Source of the DNA: Octopus vulgaris
Taxonomy: Eukaryota
Assembly (NCBI GenBank): GCA_951406725.2
Contig: OX597814.1
Coordinates: forward strand, 114,824,001 to 114,888,000
Length of the DNA: 64,000 bases
Direction: 5' to 3'
Within the stretch, counting starts at the first letter, position 1. Every line of letters begins with the position of its first letter. The notes beneath the pieces are model-generated. The model was not told the origin of the DNA and did not search any database. It worked only from the letters and a program-made list of their open reading frames with translations. This document shows positions 52,661 to 64,000 of this stretch, one piece after another. Made by a program: the position numbers and the translations under genes.

Positions 52661-53645
52661 TTAGTGATTATGCATTCTGCCCGGAATATCATATCTGGGA
52701 ATACTAAATAATTGTGGCATTATAAACATAAAAAAGGATATACACCTTATGCAATTATGTGCCACATGTACTGGCATCCAGAGTTTCTTTTGTTGCATGA
52801 TAGGAAGAAGTTATTGTAAGGTACATAACTCCTTTCGTTCAACTATAGATCATTAAGGATGAGAAGTTTTCTGTTGCACGGCTATAAAATAAGAACGTCG
52901 CTCTTAAGAAATATATATGTGCTAATGCTAATATAATCACGTTTGTAAACGTATTGTGAGCGTTTTTGCATTATGTTGACTTAATAGCAGGATTTGATGT
53001 TGCAAACACATAACCTGTGGGCGGGGGGTACTTTTCCAGTGCTTCAAGATCTGTAATGTTAATAGCTCATATGTTTAATGTGCATATTTAATATGAATTT
53101 CTTTTCAGCTTTGCAAAAACAGTAGTTTTTTTTTCTTTTCTTTTTTTCCTATAGCGTTTCGCTGTTTTACGTTTTTCGAAGATCTATCTGATTTCGAATC
53201 CATTACTGTTTTTTTACGGGTTCACTGTGCAATTGAATAAGTTTCTGGATTTTCGCCTTTTCTATAGATCTGAAAGAAGAACTGGTTATAGAAGAATTGT
53301 TGCAATATAGCTTCAAACAAACCTACATACTATTTACGAATATTGTTTCAGAAGCTGCGTTTGTGATTACAAGGCCCTTGCTTTGATTTCAGTGCATATT
53401 ATCTTTTGCAAATGTCAAGGTACCTTCTGGATGTAATTGGGTAGACAGCAGTGGCATCTACAGCTATATTTCCGCATGTGAAACTGCATTCAATTAATTT
53501 AGATGATCTACTTGTAATTTAGTGTTCAACTAAGCCGCTACGCAATTTTGGGTCAGGTCTGTTTCATACGTTGAACATTTATACACAAGTATGTGTGTGG
53601 CGTGTGTGTGTGTGAATATGTATGTACGTATGTATGTATGTATAT

Positions 53646-54350
53646 TAGCGTGTGGTCGTCGTAATGACCATGGCAGAGAAAGGTGTTATGGCGATACCTG
53701 CTCAGAGACTGTCGCAAGTTGCAGAAGGTGTATGGAGAGGAGTGTATGGGTGGCACACAAGTGTATGAGAGGTTCAGATATTTCCAAGATGGTTGAAAAA
53801 ATGTCGATACTGACGAAAGTTTTGGGAGACGCGCAACCAGCAGAATAGAGAAAAACATCGGAGATGTACGTACAGCTGTGAGAGGAAATTGTCAGATCAC
53901 CATACGTGAGTTATCAGAGGATATATAGATTAGTTACGGTTCAATTCAGTCCATAATCACTGACGATTTGGGTATTACGCGTGTCTGCCAACTTTGTGCC
54001 AAAACTGCTTTCAGCTGACCAAAAAGACACTCGGGTTTCAGTTGCACAAGATCTCCTTGATTGTGTCAAGAGCGATGAAAACTTTTGAAAAATTTGCGTA
54101 GGCCTTTGAGCAGGTATCGCCAAGATTTTGGCAAAATTTGAAGCAGATTCTCTGCTCAATTTTCCCTGTCATGGTCAATGCGACGATCACACGCTACATA
54201 ACTTCCTTCCAAGCACTGCTGTAAACAGCGGAATGAGCTAGAACGTAAATGCGCATGCACAGCGAAGTCAATCTGTGCCAAGCGGCTTCACTCTGCGTGC
54301 TTTAGCTTCGCTGCTATAGCAACAGTCCGGATACTTATTGATCAGATTAT
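53646..54350. mobile_element. Fold-back mariner derivative
   Basis: Plus strand carries the transposase N-terminus (KVYGEECM, ITIRELSED, NFVPKLLSADQK). It is followed by an inverted copy of the 5' end (minus: MTGKIEQRICFKFCQNLGDTCS) ending in TIR-like tctgatcaataagtatccggact. Confidence 0.8.
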
Positions 54351-54903
54351 ATATGATGACGATGAGGAGGAGGATTGCCTCATCTTGTCAGGTGGCAGCC
54401 GGTCTCACATTCGGCCTGATTGTTCTGATTTACTTTCATCCTTTCATGTGCACGGTTATCCGTTGTCATATGACTTTATAAAATATAAAAGGAATCCAGG
54501 AATATGACAGTAAGACATGTCTACGTCATTGGATTGGACTGAAAAAAGCTTTTACATCAGTTTTACCACAAACTTGGTCGCCATATTAGGTTCCAGTGAC
54601 AAGCATTGCAAGATGGCTGCTTCTAATTTGATTACAAGTTTTATACCAGAACATCTTTCTCCTAGAAGAGCTGCCTTACCCACAGCTTTGTCAGAAATTA
54701 CGGGAGCCTCTTCTACTTCTGGGAAGTCCATTTAACCCATAATTGGGGCCCTAACAACTTCTACCGTTCCGGATCAGAACAAACCTGGGAGTAATGGTAG
54801 TTAAGTGTAGGCTCCATCCGTACACAACTTCAGAACTCCCGACCTGGAACCTCACCACAAGATACAAATTAATATCACACCCAGGACAAATATATATACA
54901 CAC

Positions 54904-54954
<51 letters not shown>

Positions 54955-55087
54955 CGCGCGCATGTGTGTGTGTATTTATTACTTATAAATTATGTTGCGT
55001 TAGAGTTTATGGGAAGTGAATGATCACTGTTCAGAGCCATTTTTGCTGAACCTCTCCAAACAGGACCGAATTTATCTGTAGCCATCA

Positions 55088-55157
<70 letters not shown>

Positions 55158-55303
55158 ACACACACACATATGTGAGAGAGAAATGAGGGAGAAATATATA
55201 GAAAATATACAACATATAAAATGGTATATACATAAATTACACACATGTATGTATATACGTATCGATATAAATACACATATACTTATATACATACGTATGT
55301 ATG

Positions 55304-55347
<44 letters not shown>

Positions 55348-55588
55348 GCATATGGGTGTATATGTGTTGATATATACTTATGTAGTTAAGCATGCGTGTA
55401 TATGTGTACGTGGATGGGTGAATATTTGTACATATATATTAATATAGATATAATGTCAGCGCTAACGTTTGTATGTTTGCATATATTTATACGTATATGT
55501 ACATATATGTATGTATGTGTGTCTGTTTGTATGTATGGATGTGTGTGCGCGCGATGGTATTGCTGTGATTGAATAGGGAACAAGAAAG

Positions 55589-55630
<42 letters not shown>

Positions 55631-56461
55631 ACAGAGAAAGAGAGAGAATACAGAGAAAGATGATAGATCGAAGAAGGGAGGAATCGAAGAACTTTCGAAC
55701 TAAAAACAAAAAAAATCATTCATCGATGATTTTGCTCGTTGTTATCTTCATTTCCCCATATTTTCAAACAAAAACCGAACACACAACTACGGGGGAACAT
55801 TCTGGTGTTTGTATTATTACTACTACTACTATTAACTATTTCTGACAACACTAAAACCCACCAAACACTATTACTTCTCCTACAACAACAACAACAACAA
55901 CAATAGCAACAACTACTACTACTGCTACTATTACAGGGAGAATAACAACTACTATAACAAAAGCTACACGACACCTAATGCTGTTACTAATACTTTGTGA
56001 GAGCATCAACTAGCTCCGTTACTAAAAAAATGAATATGTAAATAAATAAATAAATAAATGAACTACTGTTGCATTACTCTGCACCACCCCCTACTCTCAC
56101 CACTCTCTCACCAGTACCAGTACCAGTACCACTACCACTACATTGCCTGTCTCTGTCTCTTCTTTGGTTTGTTGACAGAGGTAGCAGCAGTGCAGTGGTG
56201 TTCTAGTGTTTCGAATATCAGTGATAGCGCTGGAGTCCACCACAGGCAAAGACGACATTTTCTCATTATAGTAATAATAATGTAAGCTAGCAGTTTTATC
56301 ACCTGTATATAATATATTTTTCGAGGTCGCTATCATAGGAGATATGATTCCTGTTGTGGTCTTCTGCACCGACAACCGTCTCGCCACTATCCTTCTCGTT
56401 GTCGCGTATCCCTTTCAGTAAATTCTCTCTTCCAATACATCGCCTTTCACTAAATGATGGA

Positions 56462-56582
56462 ATGCATCCTTTAGATAACAATACTCTTCGAACTTCCTAC
56501 ACATCCAAGCGGATGGGAAGCGCCAAAAACACCTGGAACACTTACAAGTATGAGAAACTCTGGGTGGACGAAACCGCAAAAG
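56462..56582 (+). CDS. Candidate first coding exon of an unidentified host gene
   Basis: Unique, non-repetitive island. ATG at 56462 (or 56513) reads MHPLDNNTLRTSYTSKRMGSAKNTWNTYKYEKLWVDETAK and ends at a consensus donor AG|GTAAGT (phase 1). No homology recognised. Confidence 0.4.
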
Positions 56583-56707
56583 GTAAGTTCACCGAGTAAA
56601 CAAATAACTTGTATACCCGAATGTATATATATGTATGCATGTATTTATGTTTGCAGATATGTATGTATGCATGTATGCATGTATCTCTTTCTCCCTCTCA
56701 CACACAC

Positions 56708-56767
<60 letters not shown>

Positions 56768-57039
56768 TAAATATAATTATATATATATATATAGTTGCAT
56801 ACTTACATATATATGCTACAAAGTCAATCGCTAACTCATATATACCTACACTGTATGTCTATATATATATATTTATGTATATATATGTATGTATGTCTAT
56901 ATGTATGTATATATGTATGTATATATATGTATTTATGTACGTATATATGCATGTATGTATGTACGTATATATGTATGTATGTATATATGTGTATATATAT
57001 GTATATATATATGTATGTATGTATATGTATGTATATATT

Positions 57040-57094
<55 letters not shown>

Positions 57095-57194
57095 GTACGT
57101 ATATATATATATATGTGTGTGTGTGTGTATCAATATTTGAAATTTTAATATAGCTCACGATAGCTAAAAGTACTAAAGACAAAAGAGTGTATAG

Positions 57195-57225
<31 letters not shown>

Positions 57226-57626
57226 TCAGATTTATGAATGGGTAATTGCATTGATGCACATATGAAAGCATAATGCATTCATGTCGCATGCATGCATGCT
57301 ATGCCATGCAAATACACATATATCATTTAAAAAAAACATACACTGTTCTCAGTCATACAGAACGCATGCATACGCACACATATCGACGCATACACAAGCT
57401 CTTCGTTCTGTGTGCATTTATTTCTTATATACATAGAATCTTTCTTATATATATATCGATCTATTCTCTTTGCGTCTTTCTTAAGATTTCTGTTTCCTTC
57501 TGTCTCCTCTGCTTCTCACGCACGCACACGCTTACACACATGTACAATAATTGATATAATTGCGCATTTATATACACATATACATGCATATATATGTGTA
57601 TATATATACACACATGCCCACTCACT

Positions 57627-57678
<52 letters not shown>

Positions 57679-57872
57679 AGTATGTGTGTATATGTGTGTG
57701 TATGAGTTAGTGTATGCAAATGCGCATATAATTGTGTGCTTACACCCAGTTGTTGAATGCTCGCATAAACACGCAGAAACACATGCACACACATTAATGC
57801 CTATCTATCTATCGATCTATCTATCTATCATCGTATTCTCACTTCTCTTTCCGTGTGTGTGTAAACAGACAT

Positions 57873-57967
<95 letters not shown>

Positions 57968-58840
57968 ATACATACATATTTACATACTAATTTACTATTT
58001 TACGTGTGTTAATCATTGGACTGCAGCCATGATTGGGTGCCGCGTTGTTATATATATGTGGATATTATTGTTTATGATATCAGTGGCTTAGCATGCGTAA
58101 AAAAAAACCATAACAGTAAAAAAAAATATCAATTAATATAGTAACCTTAATCATTAATATATAGGTAGATAGGTGGGGGAGAGAGATGCGTATATAGAAA
58201 AAGATACTCTGAAAGAAAAACTCAAAACGGAGAGATTGAATCAGAAGGAAAAGCGTGCGCAAGTGAGAAAGTTAGACTGACAGAAAGAATGACACATTTA
58301 AAGAGAATAAAACGTGCAAAGAGCTTTACAACAGATATAGTGAGTGTTCGTACAATAAATTGATATACACACATCACATACATTTATTATGATGTGCCTT
58401 TATTTTATGCATCACATTAATGCATATTCCTTAACGCGAGATGCTACTTTTTGACATGTTTAAATGCCGTTTATGAGGGTTGTGAAAGAAAAATAAAAAA
58501 AAAAATAATAAGTGCTTGTAACCAATTTCAAATTGCTGTTTTTGCTGCAAGAGCGCTACGTGCATTACGTATATTTGAATGAACCAATGAGGGAACCTCT
58601 ACGCTATCGCTTGATTTGCTGGAATTAGCAGCCAAATTCCCCGCAAATCATACACTACTTTCTTAAATAAGGATACTTTTAACAATATAATCCCGAATAT
58701 GATACGTATGACATCATTAAAACACGATGGTTCTGCTTACATTGATTTTGATCCTAGGTGCACTCAATCAGGGGTCTACTTGGGCTAAAGAACACTACTA
58801 TCAGCTTATTTTCTCGAATTGAGGAAACTGCTACTACTCA

Positions 58841-58888
<48 letters not shown>

Positions 58889-58924
58889 GATGATGATGAT
58901 GATGATAATAATAATAATAATAAT

Positions 58925-59138
58925 ATCTTTCTATGATAGTCACAAGGGAGGAATTTCGGGGGAGGGGATAGCTCGGTTACACTGACCCCAGTGATCAACT
59001 GGTTTTTATTTTATCGACCTCAGAAGGATGAATGGCAAAGTCGATCTCGGCTGAATTTGAACTCAGAGCGTAAAAATGGACGAAATACCGCTAAGCATGT
59101 CGTCCGGCGGGCTAACGATTATGCCAGCTCGTCTCCTT
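58925..59138 (-). mobile_element. SINE A copy embedded in (AAT)n
   Basis: Reverse complement of family A, flanked by AAT runs. Confidence 0.82.
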
Positions 59139-59499
59139 AATAATAATAATAATAATTATAATGGAAATAATGCCACAACATTTTGACATTTTGGGTAGTG
59201 ATATATAATCGACTTAACCGATGCCAGTACATGAATCGTAGTAATTTTATGAATCACGAGTGAATGCAAAGGTGACCCCGGCAAGATTCGATCTCAGAAA
59301 TAATAATGATTATTGTTTCTTTTTAAAGTATCAAGGCTGGAGTTTTATATGTGGTGTGAGCGAAGTTAGGACATTCATGGATTTCTCAAAGATGTAAATG
59401 AAATGATAATATCACCCAGTAAACAATGGGTTCGCAGAATCTGCTAATCTGTGATATTCAGTGTTTCGCTTTCGCTTCTAGTAATTTCTTACTCATGTC

Positions 59500-60110
59500 A
59501 GCGAGGTAACCGCTGTGTGATTCATTTGACATGGTAGAAATAGCATCGTAATTTCCTTGAGATCACACCCTTTTGTCTTAGTATAGTAAAGATTGACTGG
59601 ATAATGTGGTCCTAGATACACTATGTTAGAAAAGGCCACGATATCATAACTGGAACTTCGTTGATCATAAGGTCATCTCGAGTAGCGCTAAGTAAGACAA
59701 CAACAAATACAACAACAGTATATTGACGCAGGGCTGTATCACATTTTATGGAGGAAAGCATGGGTGATTGCATGGACACCAGTGCATTACTAGTTGATAA
59801 CTAAAAGCTGTTAAATATGAAGACTGATATTGTGTCGTTTCTATCAATGTTGTTCCTTAATGGAGTAAGGGTCTAGGCAGTCATTTAAACTACTAAAAAT
59901 AACAGGTAAATCATTTTCAAACAACACCCTACTAAAGATCTTTATGAAAAAAAAGAATTATAAATAAACGAGGACGAGTTGGATAATGTAGTTCGAGGCA
60001 CACTGTTTCAAAACTAAATAAACAAACAAACAAAATTCCAAATGATCATGGTCATAGGTCTTGTAGATGATATCTAACCTGGGGCTAAAACAACTTCAGT
60101 AACAACAATA
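59500..60110 (+). repeat. Two diverged copies of a dispersed repeat with (CAA)n tail, LINE-3'-end-like; also near 58600, 46490 and inverted near 1350
   Basis: Shared agaaatagc..cacaccct..ggataatgt(a/g)gt(c/t)c..gatcata(a)ggtc..ctaa..caacaac. Confidence 0.6.
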
Positions 60111-60469
60111 AGTGTATGTTTTTTCTTTTCCGTTCTTTACACAACAAAAGGATATAGGTGATTATGTCTTCCCACGTATATGACTGCTACATATTTTATA
60201 AACCCTCAAGGATATTAAAACTACGAAACAGTTCCACGTTTACCGTTATTCAACTGCAATCTCTGTGGCCAATAGTAATAACATTTCTACTATTCCAGAA
60301 TCATTGTTTGTGTTTTTGGCACAAGACGACGGATTTTAGGTAGTGAGCTTTGTCAATAGAATCGTCTCACTACATGATTGGAACATGGATTAATCGACCC
60401 CGAAACGGTGGAATGCAAAGTTTACATTTCGTTTACATCACATCGAGCCAATGAAATCATAATGATAAA

Positions 60470-60697
60470 AATTGTTCCAAGTTTGGACCAGGGCCACCAA
60501 TTTTCAGGGAGGAGTAAGTCGATAATATCAACCTCAGTGCTCAGCTGGCACTTATTTTATCGACTCCTGGAAATGCAAGGCAAAGTCAACCTCGGCTGCA
60601 TTTCAGGTCAGAACATAAAGTCGGACGAAATGCCTCTAAGCAATTTGTCCGGGGAGAGCAATTCTGCCAGCTCAACGCCTTAATAATAATAATAATA

Positions 60698-60733
<36 letters not shown>

Positions 60734-61240
60734 TTAAAAATGATCCTTTCTACTATAGGCACAATGTCTGAAATTTTGGGGAGTGAACCAGTCGATTACA
60801 TCGACCCCAGTGCTTCACTGGTACTTATTTAATCGAGCCCTAAATGATAAAAAGCAAAGTCAACCTCGGCGTTTAATAATAATAATAATAATCCTTTGTA
60901 CTATAGGCACAAGGGCTTAAATTTGGGGGAAGCGGATAATTGATTACATCGACCCCAGTACTCAACTGTTACTTAATTTATCGACAACGGAAGGATGAAA
61001 GGCATATTCGAATTCGGCAGAATTTGGACTCAGAGGTAGCAACAGACAAGATAGCTTTAAGCATTTCGCCTGGCGTGCTAACGATTCTGCCAGTTCACAG
61101 AATAACAATAATAATGGCTTCAAATTTTGGCACAAGGCCAGCAAGTTGGGGGAGTGGAGAAGTCGATTAAAGCCGACCCTAGTACTCAACTGGTACTTAT
61201 TTTATCGACGCCGAAAAGATAGCAGACAAAGTGGTCCTCG
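60470..61240 (-). mobile_element. Cluster of four full or partial SINE A copies separated by (AAT)n
   Basis: Repeated tcgaccccagt..ctggtactta..aaagtc(a/g)acctcgg blocks. Confidence 0.8.
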
Positions 61241-61737
61241 ACATTTCAATGGTTAAAACTTAGAGAAGAAAACAAAAGAAAAAAATATAAAAACCGCAGA
61301 CAAAGTTTATACGGTCGTGTGATTATAATTAATGATATATTTGATGTTTTAACAAATAAAACAAAATAGCAATGTGTTTGTGTGCATGTGTATATATGGA
61401 TGGATGTGTGTGTATATATGTCTTTGTGTGTGTGTGTGCGCTACGTCATATCTGCTTCAGCAGATCTTTTAACACAGTTAATGGAGTTCCACGCTTTCAT
61501 GAAAAACGTTAAAGTGAAACCTTCATTAATGATTTTGTTCATGCATCTTACAACGCTTCAGATCTCCCTCTCTTCCCCCCCCCCCAACACACACACACAC
61601 TCTGTTTCTCTTCTCCCTCTTTTTCCGTCTCTCTCTCTCTCTCTCTCTCTCCCTCCCTCTCTCTCTATTTGATTTTGTGATGCATGCTAACACTTAGTTT
61701 GCTCTCCGTGGAAACAAAAATATAATATAATGCATGC

Positions 61738-61782
<45 letters not shown>

Positions 61783-62036
61783 TGCACATGCATGTGTATG
61801 TATACATCTGAGCGTTTTACATGTTTGTTTTGTACACCACTTGTCTTCATCTTTTATTTTTTTTCGTAAACTCTCCCTATATATATAAATTTAATAGAGG
61901 ATAAAATTTTCATAAATTTTATCAGTGGCCAGCAAATTAAAAAGTACTTTTTAAGGTGAAAATTATTAAAAAAAATTATATAAATAAGGGCAAAAGAAAA
62001 AATAGGAATTTTTTTCTTTTGCCCTTATTTATAAAG

Positions 62037-62084
<48 letters not shown>

Positions 62085-62496
62085 GTGTGTGTGTGTGTGT
62101 GTGTGTATACTCCTACACATGCACACACACCAATATGTATATGTGTGTGCGATGTATTTGTCTGTCTGTCTGTATGTGTGTAAAAAAGAGGAAACACAGA
62201 TACATAGCGCGATTCGCATCTATCTCTCTGACTCTCTCTATCTCCCTCTCTCTCTCCCTCTCTCTCTCTCTCTCAATGCATTTCACATGCATATTTATAA
62301 ACTTATAAACGACGATTAGGTTTCAGACCCGGCATACTTTTTGAACTATTGAGCATGCAGTGTGCATATACATAGATAATATATGTATAACCGAAAAACC
62401 ATCTCGCATAACGCATAAGAGTATGAGCGTCCACGTATATGCATAGGAATTAGTATCTGTATTTTGTTCTGTCGTCTTAGTTTCTCACTCACTCAC

Positions 62497-62537
<41 letters not shown>

Positions 62538-62616
62538 ATACATAAACACACACACACATGTATATATACTTATGTGCGTGTACATATGTAAATATATACG
62601 TACATATACAAACATT

Positions 62617-62660
<44 letters not shown>

Positions 62661-62981
62661 CAATGAATATGTAGGTGTGTATCTATGTATAAATACGTGT
62701 GTGTGTGAATGTGCATGTATGTATGTGTATACATTTGAGCGTGTGCATGTAAGTAACCATATAGAGTAATGATGTATAAATATCAATTCTTTACATACTA
62801 TATATTACTATGTGTAACAAGTGAGATAAAGAAAGAAAGAGAATACATGACCAGGTATGTGTTGATAACTATTCGTATAAACGTAGAAAACACCTGCTTA
62901 CGTCATAGTCAGGTTGCATACGTCTTAGAAGAATATTTATAATGGACTCAAGTTGATATCAGAAATGTGTTAACATTTATA

Positions 62982-63206
62982 CTCTTTCTTTACTCGCTTT
63001 TACTTGTTTCAGTCATTTGACTGTGGCCATGCTGGAGCACCGCCTTTAGTCGGGCAAATCGACCTTAGGACTTACTCTTTGTAAGCCCAGTACTTATTCT
63101 ATCGGACTCGCTTTTGTCGAACCGCTAGGTTCGGAGACATAAACCCACCAGCATCGGTTGTCAAGCGATGGTGGGGGGAGAAACACAGATACAGAAACAC
63201 ATACAT

Positions 63207-63275
<69 letters not shown>

Positions 63276-63440
63276 GGTGACAGGCTTCTTTTAGTTTCCG
63301 CCTACCAAATCCACTCACAAGGCTTTGGCCGGCCCGAGGCTATAGTAGAAGACACTTGTCCAATGTGCCACACAGTGGGACTGAACCTGGAACCATGTGG
63401 TTGGTAAGCAAACTACTTACCACGCAGCCACTCCTACGCC
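62982..63440 (-). mobile_element. Full-length SINE B copy
   Basis: Reverse complement of 4995-5441. Confidence 0.9.
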
Positions 63441-64000
63441 AATATTCTATATTGCTGAGGAAGCAACATACTAAAATGACAAACACACACACTCACACAC
63501 ACAGTCGCGCGTGCATGAACACATATACGCACACGCCCGCGCGCTGCACGCGCACAGCAGCAGCAGTAATTATGTATATTTAATGCAGCTATCTCACTGA
63601 TTTTGAGTGATTTAATAGGAATGTACGTACAAACATGGTGCTTATGTCTTGTGTATCCTATATGGATGTATGTGTGTGCGCGCGTTTGTGTTTATTAATA
63701 AGCATAATTAGACATGCATTTTGCATACATACAAACATGCATATATACATAGATTCATATATACATACATATATGTATACATGCATTTATACATGCATAC
63801 TTACGTACGCATGAATGTATGTATGTATTAGTATACCTATACATAAATTTGTGCTTGTGTGATTGTTTATATGCATACACACACACACACACACACATAT
63901 ATGTATGTATAAGCATAGACATGCATTTGTGTGTGTGCATATATATATAAATGTGTATGTATGTGTGTATCTGTATGTATGTATGTATATATGGATATAT

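Overview
This is AT-rich, microsatellite-saturated eukaryotic DNA. The tRNA-derived SINE families and the (TA)n/(CA)n/(AAT)n landscape look like an octopus (cephalopod) genome; that is an inference from remembered repeat families. There is no intact long CDS, and nearly all ORF-track entries are microsatellite or repeat artefacts. Recognisable transposon content: a full-length mariner relic, a Chapaev3-like DNA transposon with a nested mini-mariner, a Tc1 fragment, a fold-back mariner, a non-autonomous Helitron, an RTE-clade RT fragment and a Penelope-like GIY-YIG endonuclease fragment. There are also dozens of SINE copies, several with readable TSDs, and one candidate first coding exon (~56.46-56.58 kb, +). 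The most notable signal is a set of short elements, several sitting in or beside (TA)n tracts and sharing no obvious sequence, that each fold into a type-I hammerhead ribozyme. One has a compensatory U3-A8 core, one is fused to a tRNA-like Pol III head, and one is a back-to-back palindromic pair. They may be retrozyme-like elements mobilised by Penelope-like retrotransposons. All structures and coordinates were read by eye and may be off by a few bases.
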